A stretch of 64,000 nucleotides of DNA from Callorhinchus milii. Lineage: Eukaryota. Positions 25,640 through 38,639 of this stretch are shown in pieces (positions within the stretch are counted from its first letter, which is position 1; each line of letters opens with the position of its first letter). The notes beneath the pieces are model-generated. The model was not told the DNA's origin. It ran no database searches and was given only the letters and a program-made list of their open reading frames with translations. The stretch covers positions 106,642,001 through 106,706,000 of the forward strand of contig NW_024704743.1 of NCBI RefSeq assembly GCF_018977255.1, written 5' to 3'. The position numbers and the translations under genes were made by a program.

Positions 25640-25880
25640 CAAACTCCAGATGGGATCAAACTTGCCAAAGAAGAAGCTGAGAGAGATCTATGGTATTAGT
25701 TGACTCATCATCACTCATCATGTCAAAACAATGAGAGGCAGTGATAAACAAGGCAAACTGGATGCTGGACATTATTGTCAAATCAGTTGAGTTCAAATCC
25801 CCAGAACTCATACTCGAGCTGTATAGTGCAGTGCTCAACCTGCATCTAGAATACTGGGTAGAGTTCTGATCACCAAACAT
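25640..25880 (+). mobile_element. Old CR1 ORF2 fragment
   Basis: ERDLW-like GAGAGAGATCTATGG, ANWMLDII and LYSAVLNLHLEYWVEF*SP-like segments. Confidence 0.6.
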
Positions 25881-25883
25881 AAA

Positions 25884-26262
25884 CAATAACAACAACAACA
25901 ACTTGCATTTATATAGCACTCCTCACACAGGATAGCATCCCAGAATGCTTAACAGTAATAGAGCACGATGCCGAGCTGGTGGGAAGGTGACCGTAGGTAT
26001 GGTCAAAGAGGAAGGCCTTCGGGCACCATCTGAAGATGGGGAAGGAAGGGGCAAGGGAGAGGGATAGAGGAAGAGTGTTCCAGATTTTCGGAGCGTAGTG
26101 GCTCAAATTGCAGCCACCAATGGTGGAATGGTGGGCACCAAGGACAAGCAAGAGACCAAGCAGAGGCATCTGGTAGCAGGTTGGGGAGTAAGCAGATCGG
26201 AGAGGTAGGGAGATGCCAGGGCATGAAGGCATTTGAAAACGAGTGTGAGGATCTTGAAATAA
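25884..26262 (-). mobile_element. L2 LINE (subfamily B-like) 3' fragment
   Basis: (CAA)n CTTGCATTTATATAGC tail; FKILTLVFKCLHALASPYLSDLL. Confidence 0.88.
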
Positions 26263-28079
26263 AGGACTGCACAGGCTATTAGTGGGACATTGCTGTGCCC
26301 AAATTGACTTCCGTATTTGTCTGCAAAATACACAGTTACTATACTTTAGAGTATATCCTGTCAAGTGCTTTGAGACATTCTGAAAATGCTTAGAGTTGAG
26401 AAAAATTAAAATGAAGTAACTCCTTACTATATTTCTGATATTCCCGATAACTAAATTTGTCATTGTCTTGAACATCTTAGTTTATCTTCTCTCCATCAAG
26501 ACTTTCCCTCTACTGGCTCATTATCTGATAGAACAAACATTATTATTTTGTAAACCTCAATTGAATACTTAAATAATCCTTGCATTTTAAGACCTCAGTT
26601 TACCCCATCAATACACGTCAATTTTCTCAATGGTACTCGCTATCTCGCTATATGTCTCAGGCATTCTTTTTACATAGCATTTCTCAACTTGTGCAAATGT
26701 AATATCAATTAAAAGTTTAATTTTTTCAAGTAATATACTTAATAGCATTTTTATCATGGAAAACAAATATGACAGATGTGATACTTGATATCCCATTGGA
26801 ATCTTTTTCACCAGTTTGTTTTTCTGACATATCTGTTAAAATGGTGCCTAAAAAAACAGGGCTCTTACAGCATAATGGAATTTCAGTTAATGAATATCAA
26901 TAGCGAGTCCTTATTGAGATATATTGACTATCACCTCGGGATACATCTGTATATTGATAGCAGCAACCGAAATTTACAAATTTAATCTGTAAACAAATGT
27001 ACTTGACACCACATTACTTTCAAATGTAGGTTTTATTAAAGTTTGAACAGACAAATCAGCTAGACTGTATCCCTTATACAGATATACTAGGCAACAGATA
27101 GAATCAAAATTATATTACCCGATTTGACTCTGAGCAGCGGCAACAGCTCCTGAATTCCCACAATCCACCACCACTCCCACTGGAGAAAGTCCTCCTTCCT
27201 TACGGACCTCACTATTCCTCCTCTTCCACATTTAATGGTCACTTTCTTACTGAAGGTAAATTCCCTCACCCCTGGACATATACATAGATGCAGGAGAATC
27301 AATATCGATTCCACTGGGAGGTGTGCTGACCCTCTACACAACTCCAACTCTTTCAAGGTTACATCTTTCTTTTATGTATTTCTAACTCCACTTCCCCTGG
27401 TCACAGAGATAGCCCCCACCCTTCGTAGGCTGCTTTGCACAGAGAGAGATATGGACAAGTTCTGGGCAGTCTTCCACAGTCTGCTTGTTTCTCAGCCTTG
27501 AGATAGGCAGCTGTCTGAGGCTGCAGCCTTTTCTTTCTGTGGCCCATTGTTCTTATATCAATGCTCAAGGACCAGATTTCTCATTATCTCAGAGGAGTGA
27601 ACATCTTCCCAGGAAAATATGAAATGTAATCAGAAGCTGACCTCAGCCCGTCCAGCAAAGCTACTTTTAACCATTTAACTATCAAACCTTCTGGAACATT
27701 CGGTTGCTGCGATCAATATACCAATATATCCCGAGATGATAGTCAATATATTTCAACATTCTGGAAGGTTAATCATTTGCAATATTGCTTTGTGGTTGTG
27801 TAGTTAGAAATGTCAGGTTGTCTCTCATACCTCTAAAGAGATGCATTTGATTTGTTTGGCGCTATACAAATGTAATTTTGTTGTTGTTTTGCCATATGCT
27901 TCACGCAATACAGCTTGTCAAATAATGTGATGATCTGTATTAGTTCTGTATTAGCTCTAACCTTCTTCAGTTGAATGTCAACAAGACTTGTGGCTTTCCT
28001 GCTTGGCTGGCATTGATGCCTTCTGCCCCAGGCACTGACTACATCGACCTGTACACCACACGGAGCCGCAATGGCAAGG

Positions 28080-28430
28080 GTTGGTTTGACCCACAACTGC
28101 ATTTCAAGCCCTACATATCCAACTCACTTAGTTTTCCCTTACCTCCACAAGATTGCCTGTCTCTGCCATTACCTCTCTCCCCAGCTATCAACACCTTCAT
28201 CCATGTCTTCAGCACATAAAGGCTTGATTATTCTAACACTATGCTCACTCTACACAAGTTGCAGATCATCCAGAACTATGCTACTCATGTCCTCTCCCCA
28301 TCAGGCTCCATGAGTCTATCGCCCCTCACTCTGTCATCCTACCACCAGCTCTAATTACTACAGCAGATTGAATTCAAGATCCTCACATTCAAATTCATCC
28401 ACAGGTTCATCCCCATCCTATTTCTGCAAC
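28080..28430 (+). mobile_element. Old L2 ORF2 fragment
   Basis: FDPQLHFKPYI, LHKIACLCHYLSP and QQIEFKIL-like segments. Confidence 0.7.
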
Positions 28431-29565
28431 CCTACAGCAAACACTGCCTTGTTTTAGGTCCCCCACATAATCTGCCCCACTGCTGCTCCAGACTGATGAT
28501 GGTCTATATGGTCTAAAAACAGACCGAGCACTGGATTTACCAACTGATTCAATGGAGGAAATGGGGAAGATGTTTAATGTTACAAGAGTAGCATATCATG
28601 GCCAATGTAGGGCTATTAGTGAAGAGTCAGTGGGAATGTTTAAGAGGAAATTAATACTTGATTAATATCATTGGCTATGAGGAAAAGGCAGGCAAATGGT
28701 ACCGAGTTATAGATCAGCCATGATCTAAGAAAATTGTAGAGTAAGCTTGATTGTCAACTCCTGTTCTTCTTTGTTTTTCAAACTTAAGGGTTGAGGTGAT
28801 CATCGATGTAATTCATTGCAGATTTGTTTAGTGAGATGTATCCAAGTTATAGGTGCTATACCAAATACAAGGATTATAATTATATTAATACCTCCTGGCA
28901 GTTACTGCTGTGTATTCTGAGGATGAATGTAGCTTTTTATTACACATCAGAGCTATCCTTTGATGGTTACAAATTAACAGAATAATGCATTTTTCAAACT
29001 ATTCAAGTCTGATACATTATTGAAACTCAATAACTTAGTTTCGATGAAAACTATAGAGGACGCACATTGTATCACATTGTTATCAGTTGAAGTACAAAAA
29101 GATTGTGGAGGCAATTTTCCAACTTGCTGCCATTAAAACTTGTGATAGTAAATGGTTTCGCATTATCCTTCAAGTAGGAATACTCCAGAATCTGCTAAAT
29201 CACATCTTAACTTACTACTGCCAGAAATTCTGGATGTCAGTCAGTAGTTAGCTCAAATGACTGAAATCAACAATTTTAACAAATGGTAACTCAGGTTAGT
29301 GAGTGTCACACCAAAATAGAGCTGTAAGTAGAGTCCAACAGTGAGATCTGTTTCTCTTAACCTTATATATTCATTATATATAGAAGCAGATATAAAATAA
29401 AATTGAACACTTTAGGTTGCTGCCACTTTAGGTTAACAGTAAGTCCTGTGAAGCACTTTGAGATGCCCTCCTTATGGAAAAGCCTCTATACCAAATGCAA
29501 GAATTATTATTGTTATCGTTACCCACTTAAACATTCCCACCAAATCTACATTAACATTACATTAA

Positions 29566-29932
29566 CAACAACAATAACAACATTTCATTTATGGAGCGCC
29601 TTTCACGTCGGGAGGACGTCCCAAGGCGCTGGGCAGTTGGGTCAGGACCCGAGCAGGGGGGAAATGGTCAGGGTGAGGGGAGGGAAGGGAGGAAGCGAGG
29701 AGGGGGTAGAGAGTCGAGAGGGGAGCTGAAGGTACGGTCAAAGAGAAAGGTCTTGAGACCGGCCTTGAAGGAGGAAAGGGAGGAGGCAAGATGAAGGCAC
29801 TGGGGGATAGAGTTCCAGAGCCTAGGGGCTGAGAGGCTGAAGGCCCGGCCACCGATGGTAGGGCGGTTGGGGTGGGGATGTGGAGCAGACCGGAGCCAGA
29901 GGAATGGAGGGTACGGGCAGGTAAGTAGGGGG
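29566..29932 (-). mobile_element. Young L2 (subfamily A) 3' fragment
   Basis: Near-identical to 36589-36960; TIGGRAFSLSAPRLWNSIP...FKAGLKTFLF; TSD ATTAA at 29561-29565 and 29933-29937. Confidence 0.95.
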
Positions 29933-30000
29933 ATTAAGTTTACTATGTTGAATGAGTTTACACTGTCAAGTGAGTATCCCACATTTTTACTGTCTTTATT

Positions 30001-30670
30001 GATAATACTCTGGCCTCTGTGTCAGAGGGGTAGGTGTTGAAACTCCAAATCAGGATAATAAATAATAATAATACTTGCATTTGATATAGTGCTTTTCACG
30101 TCTTCTAGACGTTTCAAAGCACTTCACAGAATAAACTGTAAAGTGAATTGACTGTATACTTGTGGGCAAAACGCAGCAGCCAATTGCACACAGCAGTGTT
30201 CCACAAACAGTCATGGATTGAGTGACCAAATTCTTATTGCTTTTTTTGAGTGATTATTGTCAGGCATGTGGGGTAAGGAAACTTGCCCAAGGTTCCGGCT
30301 TCCGGAAATCGGTCCTAGGTCTCTCGCTTTCAAGATGAGTGCTCTAACCATTGAGCTACAGAACTCCACAGGACTACAGGATTGAGTTATAATCCAGATG
30401 TTAGTGGAACTGGATTGTCAACTGTGTCATTTTATGGATGAGACATTAGTTCTTCAAGTGGACATTCAAGATCACATAACATTTTTCAAAAGAGAAGCTG
30501 GTTTCTCGTGATGTTGTGGCCAAGGCTCTAGACAAATAATTGTTATTCACCTCAACATTGTATGTGTGCACAAAATGGCTGCCAAAATGGGCTGTCTATA
30601 AAAAAAAATTCCCCTCGATAATAACCACTGTAAATGCATTGAGATGTTTGATGTGATAAGGCATCTTCTT
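30001..30670 (+). mobile_element. Old Deu-SINE interrupted by a young SINE
   Basis: Head ACTCTGGCCTCTGTGTCAGAGG..AAACTCC resumes after 30377 with GATGAGACATTA..AAGTGGACATTCAAGATC..AAAAGAGAAG. Confidence 0.7.
30057..30376 (-). mobile_element. Full-length tRNA-headed SINE, type-2 tail
   Basis: Complete from tail to head; TSD CAGGAT at 30051-30056 and 30377-30382; 7 extra nt at the 5' junction. Confidence 0.94.
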
Positions 30671-31254
30671 TCTTTCTATTACATGGAACAGATCGTTTCA
30701 AGACAGTATTGATTATCTATGATGGGGAATACTTTGAATAGAAAGTAGTCTCTCTGCATTGAGTACTTACAGCCTATACGGATTTCCCCTTTTAAATCAT
30801 TTTCACTGAACATCGTCTTTGTTAGTTACCACGTCTCTTGGTCGAATTTTGTAACTTTGGGAAAGATAGCAGAAGGTCAGTGTTCCTGACTGAACAACAT
30901 GTCCCTGTTGTTGTTTGATGCCAGTAGCAAAAGAATGGAGGTAATAGGCAGCTGGTGGACTCTGAAGTGGAACCCAAACTGTCAGAAAGGGAAGTGGTGA
31001 TAAATCTCTGTTTGTGTTTGAAATTGTCTAATAGGGCTCCAGGAATTAAAGCTTCAGGAGATCTGAAACATTCTCCTGTGAGAACATTGAAGCACTGACA
31101 CGCAGGCTGGTAGGGAAGATAAGGGCCCTTTGAATAGTTGGGGGTGCGTAGACAGTATAGAAAGGCCCAACACAACCCATACAGCTCAACTGCAGTATAG
31201 TTTGTCTAAGCAGGTTCAATTTTCTTTCACATGAAGTAGAAATCTCTAAGCACT

Positions 31255-31595
31255 ACATAGAATATGTGATAAAGTGGACTGACCTTGTATTTTGTAGGTG
31301 AATGCAGCAGCCAATTTCCACACAGCAATGTCCTACAAGCAACCATGAAATGAATGACCATGCTATTTGTGGAATTGATGGCCAGGACTCCCTCCTCATT
31401 TCAAATAGTACCATGGGATCTGTAAGGTCCACCTGAACAGGCAAATGGGATCTCGATTTAACATGTCATGCTAAGAGATGGAACCTCCAACAATATAGCC
31501 CATTCTCAGCACTGCATTGGAGTATCAGGATAGACTATGTGAGTTCCATGTCCTGAAACTTCTGACTCAGAGGCAAGGTTGCTACCACCAGAGCA
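31255..31595 (-). mobile_element. Old Deu-SINE
   Basis: GCAGCCAATTTCCACACAGC..TCAAATAGTACCATGGGATCT..GTCCACCTGAACAGGCA..TTCTGACTCAGAGGCAAG. Confidence 0.8.
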
Positions 31596-33439
31596 ACAAG
31601 TTTCCTTAAGACCAGCAGAAGATTGTCATCTGAGTAGCATTCCTGAAATGCATTTGGGTATCTGTAATATCTGATTGGGAATTGAGAATCTCACAAATTA
31701 GATCCTATTCCCGATTTGTTAAGGATTTGACTTACAAGGTTACCAGGAGACAAGTGCAAAGATTCCCTGCTCCCATTAAATTAAATATAAATATCAACAC
31801 ATTTATCTTGTCATTACTGGCCCATTAATTTTATTTTTACAAGCTCAGTGCTCATTTCTTCCACAGCACAGTTTAATATGCAGCTGGTAATGAAAACAAA
31901 TGATATTCCGAGGAGACTTAGATACTCAACCTCATAAAAACATTATGTAATTGGACTGAAATTGATAAATATCTTAATGGAAAATGGATTTCTAAATCGC
32001 TGTTGACTACTGTAAATGTTCTAAAGGTAAGACCTCAACTTTGCTTGCAAATTATTTTAATGCTAATAATGCCCCCAAATTAATGTTTGATAACACAGCT
32101 TAGTTACTGGAGAATATCATTGAGATGATCACAGTTATATAATATTGCTGAATATATTTAAGCGCAAATCCTAGTTAACAACACAGTGAGGTTAGTAGTT
32201 AGGAGGATTTAACAGTGGCAGAGAAATGCCTCAGGTTGAAGAGACAATGAATATCAATCACAGTGCATTTGACTTTACTGAATCTCTAAATTTCATTCCT
32301 CAGAGACCACAAGGAACACATGACCAATTGAAATGTTTCAGCAGACGGTTAAAGAACCAGTTGACTTGATTAATGCCAAATCAATTGGCAAAGCTTCTCC
32401 CCAGGTGGGTCAAACCAGTCTGAATTGTATCTCTATGACTCCAAACTATTACATAAGTGTTCCAGAGTTCCCTGGCATTTTGTAGCTTCAAGGCATCAGA
32501 GGGTATTGATAACCAAGGCTGAAATCTCCCTTTTATGTTGTACATTGCAAGATAATCAAGCATTTCTTTTCTTCAATGCCATTTATGAAAAAGTCCCAGG
32601 GTTGTTTTTTTCCTTGATTCTGCCAGTAGTTAGGAGAAGGAAACGTATTTCAACGCTTTGAGACATCTGATAAGGCGCTATATCAAATGCAAGCATTAAC
32701 TTATTATTTAACCTGGACAACTAAATACATAAGACAGAATATATCCAAGTCCTACATTGTATTCATCTGCAAAACACAGTCACTTTACTGGAAATTGCTT
32801 TGAGGTATCTTCCTGACATGAAAGGTGCAATAACACATGCAAGAATTATTATTATTATTAGTTTCATACCTTTTCAAGGTAGTCAAGTGTAAAGAGTAAC
32901 TCTTTTGTAAAATATATTCTATTAATAGTATGAAGAATGGATGCTACATTTTGGATTAGACATTAAAGTGAAGTCCTATCTATATGTTATTCAGATGCCT
33001 ATTATCCATGATTATGTAAAAATAGAAAGGACTTTCTTCTGGTGTTTTGGCCAAAATCCTTCATATATATTGATAAGTTCACCTCATGGCTGTTTGTGGG
33101 ACCTTGCTGTACCCAAATTGGCTTCCACATTTGCCTACAAAATACAGTTTGGGCTACAATAAATACAACAACTTGCAATTATATAGTGCCCTTCACCCAG
33201 GATAGCATTTTGGAGTGCTGAGCAGTAACTATACTTGACAGTAATTTAAAGTACTTTGACATGTTTCAATTATGAAAATACAAATTCTTTCTTTACTGCA
33301 GCACATTTTCCAAACATATCTCTTTAACCACACTCAGTCACCTTTGCCTACCCATCCCGCTTGACTCCTACCTCCAGTTTGGGTGCCCATCTAGCTCTGT
33401 GAATGCCTTCTGGGATGTCTTCCTGACGTGAAAGCAGGA

Positions 33440-33622
33440 GAAAATCCTAAGGCGCTGGACAGTCAGGGATCTGCACCCGAGCTGGTGATTGAGATCAGGA
33501 AGGGGTGGAGGGTAGGGACCAAAGGTATGGTCGAAGAGGAGGATCTTGAGAAGGGTCTTAAAGAAAACAAGGGAGGGGGCGAGGCGGAGGGACTGTGGGA
33601 TGGAGTTCCAGAGGGTGGGGCC
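33440..33622 (-). mobile_element. L2 3' fragment
   Basis: GGCGCTGGACAG..GGTCGAAGAGGAGG..GGATGGAGTTCCAGAGGG, similar to 4240-4430. Confidence 0.75.
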
Positions 33623-33936
33623 AGTGTAAGATTAAAATGTTCTGATCCTTTGAGATAAATATTCAGTTGCATACTACCTGCAATAAAGAAATGACACTGT
33701 CAAGATCTGAGAAGTAAATAATTCCAAGTTTATCCAACTTAGCTCTGGGCCATAAATATCCGACCATGCAGATATACACCAATGTGACCAGGGAGATTTT
33801 GAAATGTTTATCTTTATTCATTAACAATAATCCAGACACACAATATAAGGCTTGAGGTGTAGCTTCACCTATTGATGAACTAACTGCTGTCAATGTCCCA
33901 GAATACAAGCCTCTAAGCTTGAGGAGATCAGATATT

Positions 33937-34130
33937 GTGTCTCAGCCTGGCTCAATTGGTAGCACTTAGGTCAAGACTCATATAGTCTAAACTGTGATTC
34001 CAGTGTAGTGCTAGGGGTGTGCTGCATCATTGTTGGAGGTGCCTTATTTTGGTTAAACCTAGGTCCTGTCTGCCTTTCGGGAGGACATTAGACATCCAAA
34101 GGCATTATTTGCAAAGAGAAGGGAGTTTCT
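33937..34130 (+). mobile_element. Old Deu-SINE 5' half
   Basis: TGGCTCAATTGGTAGCACT..GTGCTGCAT..TTGGAGGTGCC..AGGTCCTGTCTGCC..AAGAGAAGGGAG. Confidence 0.7.
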
Positions 34131-35854
34131 AAGATATTAGACCCCATGGCATGTGTTATAACAAGGTTGCTCTGTATATCTCATCTACTCATCCAAAATA
34201 ACTTTGAAAGGGAATTAGACAAATATTTGAAAAGGAAAAATGTTAAAAAATCTGGGAAAAAGGCAGGGAAATGGATCAGATATATTTCAATCCTAAATGT
34301 TATTTAGTCTTAACCTCTAAGAAAGAACATCTTATCTTAATATATAAAATTGCTCAGAGAAGTGGAAGATTCTTAAATTCCACCCAAGCTGTTATTTTCA
34401 GAAATATGGAAAAACGACTTCCAATTTAAGACTAAATTTTCCTCAAATCTGCAAAATCTTAAATCTGAGGGCAAAAAGGGGATTTTATACACAAAGATTA
34501 GATGAAAGTGTGAGCCTACAGAAAGTCAGCACAGGAACACAGTGGGTTAAATTCTTCCTGAAGTCTTCTTGTCCCTGTTTCTATCCTCTGCCAGGCTAAA
34601 CTCTGATGTAGAGTCTCATTCAAATTGTTAGACTATTTTTTCTCTTTAACACGTGCTGATAGATCTGGTGCGGATCATTTTAAATAAAAATTTTTTTGTA
34701 ATCTTTATTTATTAACATTTAAAATTGAATTGAATTTTCAATCATTTTAAATTTCAAATTCCATTTTAAATGGAACTATTTGTTGTCAATAAAATATTAA
34801 AAGATTAACTATTAGTTAATCTACCTCATTACTCTTCTTAAATAAACAGTGAAGGATTATTCCCACTAGGTTGGTAAATTGGTAACCATGGGCCGTAATG
34901 TTTTAGGACGGTCAATGAAAGAGTTAGAGGGATCTCAGAGTGAATATTTTCACACAGGGTATTAGAACACTGAACGCTTTGGCACAACTAGGTATTGAGG
35001 CTAAGACCAAGATGACATTTTAAAGGAACTTGGAAACATTTGGACCCAAATATAAAAGAATATAGGAAAAGAACGGGAGAATTTGGATTAGGCGCTGTTA
35101 ATGAACTAATACCAGTTTAGGCTGGATGTTTGTAAATGGTCTCCTTCTATGCTGCAATTTTTGTCTTTGCAACCAACTTCGACAATAACTTAAGCAGCAT
35201 TTTCTGAAATAGATTTTCACTAACAATGTAGATTTAAATTGTTAAAACTTGTTTTGATTTATTGACTACCTATCTTTGCGCCCTCTTCAAGCCCTCCCCA
35301 AACCCCACCCCACGCCCGACCCTCCACAATCTCAGGCTCCCAGTTTTATGAAGTGCTTTGAGACATCCTCCCATTGTGAAAGATGCAATATTAATTAAAA
35401 TTGGTGGTGTCACCCTATTGCTGTGAATTTCTGTACACTGTATTTATATTTAAACTGTTAAGGACAAATAATTTAGTATGGGGAAGTGGCTTGGAGGTGT
35501 TAGTGTATCTGACAGTGCAAGGTAACTGAATTAATACACACACTTGAAATGACATGATGACTAAAGCACCTTGGGTTAATGGCAGTATTAATTTCACTCT
35601 CTCATGGCCATGGCTCAGCATCAGCAATGCTGGTTCTTCAGCTGTCATTTGATCTCACTGTTGAAATATAAATATTCTGAAAATGCAGAATATAATGGGA
35701 GGCTAACGTTTGGCATAATTGGCCTTTATTTTTAAAATTTTTAAAAGGAGGCAGGACACATAGCGGCTCAGTGGACAAGTGCTTGTTTGGTGCAGTATTG
35801 ATCCAAATACAGAGCAGGAAGGTCAATGATTCATTCCTACTGTTGGCCTCAATG

Positions 35855-35986
35855 ATCCTTGAATATTGCAGGGCTATGGAGAGAAAGCGGGCCAGTGGGA
35901 TTGAGTTGGATTGCTCAATCCAACCAGCGCAGACACAATGGGCTGAATGACCTCTTTCTGTGCTGTATGATTCTATGATTTTATGA
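35855..35986 (+). mobile_element. CR1 3' end fragment
   Basis: AGGGCTATGGAGAGAAAGCGGG..ATGGGCTGAATGACCTCTTTCTGTGCTGTATGATTCTATGATT. Confidence 0.85.
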
Positions 35987-36322
35987 TAGGAGGAGGAAAA
36001 GTTAGCCAAAAATTCCCACTATGTGCTCAATGTTATTCATGCTTGGGTTATACATGCTCGGGTCCCAATCCCCAACTGTTCAGCGCCTTAGGACATCCTC
36101 CCAACGTGAAAGGCGCTTTATAAATGTAATTTTGTTGTTGTTGTTATTTTGTGTACTTGGCAAAAAACTTACAGAAAGGGATATTGTATCTCGGTAACTT
36201 TGGAATGAGTACAAAAGCTTTTTAAAAGGTAACTTGAAGTGTATATACACTTGAAATTGCGAGATAAAATGCACAGTGTTTCTTAATCCATCCTTGCGTT
36301 AATCAGCACCAGAAATGGTACA

Positions 36323-38118
36323 GTGGAGTCCTATCGCTCAGTGGTTAAAGCACTCGCTTTGCAAGCGAGAGACCTGAGTTCAATTCCAGGCAGGGCGAAA
36401 CCTTGGGCAAGTTTCCTTACTCCACACGCCTAATAATAATCCCTCCAAAACCAAAAACAATAATAAAATTGGTCATTTTCAATCCACAACTGTTTGTGGG
36501 ACATTGCTGTGTGCAATTGGCTGCCGCGTTCGCCCACAAATATACAGTCAATTCACTTTACAGTGTGTTCTGTGAAGCGCTTTGGGACAACAACAACAAC
36601 AACAAGATTCCATTTATAGAGCGCCTTTCACGTCGGGAGGACGTCCCAAGGCGCTGTACAGTTGGGTCAGGACCCGAGCAGGGGGGAAATGGTCAGGGTG
36701 AGGGGAGGGAAGGGAGGGAGGGAGCGAGGAGGGGGTAGAGAGTCGAGAGGGGAGATGAAGGCACGGTCAAAGAGAAAGGTCTTGAGACCGGCCTTGAAGG
36801 AGGAAAGGGAGGAGGTGGCGAAGGCACTGGGGGATAGAGTTCCAGAGCCTCGGGGCTGAGAGACTGAAGGCCCGGCCACCGATGGTAGGGCGGTTGGGGC
36901 GGGGGATGTGGAGCAGACCGGAACTAGAGGAACGGAGGGTACGGGCAGGTAGGTAGGGGGATAGTAGGCCGGAGAGGTAGGAGGGAGCAAGGCCGTGAAT
37001 GGCTTTGTAGGTGAGGATGAGGATCTTGAAATCGATCCTCTGGGGGATGGGGAGCCAGTGGAGGCGAGCGAGGGTGGGAGTGATGTGGTCCCGAAGCCTG
37101 GTGCGGGACAGTACACGAGCTGCAGAGTTCTGAATGACCTGCAGCTTGTGGAGGGAGGTGGCGGGAAGGCCGGCGAGGAGAGAGTTCCCATAGTCCAGCC
37201 TTGAGGTGACAAAGGCGTGGACCAGGGTTTCAGCAGCGTGAGGGGTGAGGTAGTGCCGTAGTCAGGCGACATTCCGGAGGTGATGGAAGGCGGTGCCAGT
37301 TGTGGCGCGGATATGAGGGAGAAAAGACAGCTCAGGGTCGAACAGAACACCGAGGTTCCTGACTGGCTTTGAGAGGTGGAGAGTGCAGCCTTGGATGCTG
37401 ATGCTGTCAGCGCCTGAGGTGCGGAGGCGCTGACGCGAGCCAATCAGGAGGGCCTCAGTTTTACGCACGTTGAGCTGAAGAAAGTTGTCTCTCGTCCAGG
37501 ACTCGATGTCGCACAGGCAGGCTGTCAGGACATCGGTTGAGGGTAGAAGAGGAAAGGTAGAGTTGGGTGTCATCCGCATACATGTGGAAGTTAACCCCAT
37601 GTCTGCGGATGATGTCACCAAGGGGGAGCATATAGAGGGTGAAGAGGAGGGGACTGAGGACAGAGCCCTGAGGGACACCGCACGAGACAGTGCGGGGGCT
37701 GGAGGAAAAACCATTCGTGGAAACAAAGTGAAGACGGTGGGAGAGGTACGACCTAAACCACTCAAGGACAGGGCCTTGAAGGTTGAGGTGGGAGGACAAG
37801 CGGTGGAGGAGGATAGCATGGTCGACCATATCGAATGCTGTCGATAGGTCGAGGAGGACGAGGAGGCAGAGGGAACCCTGGTCACAGATGGTCAGGATGT
37901 CATTGGTGACCTTGACCAGGGCAGTTTCTGTGCTATGGGCAGCACAGAAACCCGACTGAAGGGGTTCGAATAATGAATGGGTGGAGAGGAAAGAGCGCAG
38001 CTGGGAGGCGACAACTCGCTCCAGGACCTTGGACAGGAAGGGGAGGTTGGAGATGGGACGTCCTCCCGACGTGAAAAGCGCTATATCAAATGCAAGGATT
38101 ATTATAATAATTATTATT
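36323..38118 (+). mobile_element. Full-length young SINE (36323-36588 plus 38054-38118) split by an L2
   Basis: Head GTGGAGTCC..GCTCAGTGG; tail resumes TGGGACGTCCTCCCGACGTGAAAAGCGC; the SINE's own TSD AAATGG is at 36313-36318 and 38119-38124. Confidence 0.95.
36589..38053 (-). mobile_element. Young L2 LINE (subfamily A), ~1.46 kb, most of RT to tail, frameshifted
   Basis: [57 protein letters not shown] and [25 protein letters not shown] at 36583-36588 and 38054-38059. Confidence 0.97.
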
Positions 38119-38321
38119 AAATGGATTAAGAAACACCATAAAAGTTACATCCGGGTGTCCTGTTCAGAGTGTTGCCTCAGCACAGCATTGATGAGCTAAA
38201 AACCTGACAATTTAATTAACACTGAAGTTCTGAATTTCATAGTGTTGAGTTTTGTTAAGCCACTTATGCAAGATGGTTTCAAAAGGACTTCATTTATTCA
38301 ATTTATTGTTAGTTATAGAGA

Positions 38322-38639
38322 AATAATAATAATAATAATTCTTGCATTTGATTTAGCGCTTTTCACGTCTTCTAGATGTCTCAAAGCACTTCACAGAATA
38401 TACTGTGAAGTGAATTGACTGTATACTTGTGGACAAAACGCGGCAGCCAATTGTGCACAGTAATGTCCCACAAACAGTCGTGGATTGAAGTGACCAATTT
38501 TATTGTTTTTTTTTCTTGAGGGATTATTATTAGGCATGTGTAGTAAAGAAACTTGCCCAAGGTTTCGCCCTGCCGGCAATCAAACCCAGGTCTCTCACTT
38601 GCAAGGTGAGTGCTCTAACTACTGAGCTACAGGACTCCA
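38322..38639 (-). mobile_element. Full-length tRNA-headed SINE, type-2 tail
   Basis: From (TAA)n tail to head CTGAGCTACAGGACTCCA. Confidence 0.94.

Noticed and set aside
30822..31175. 117-aa ORF as a host exon
   Set aside because: No recognisable domain and no convincing splice or codon signal; it cannot be excluded without RNA-seq.
34680..34820. AT-rich quasi-palindromes
   Set aside because: Low-complexity A/T sequence; such pairings are expected by chance.
36667..37885. 258-aa, 207-aa and 122-aa ORFs as a functional reverse transcriptase
   Set aside because: 5'-truncated L2 without an endonuclease domain; RT motifs are split across frames by frameshifts.
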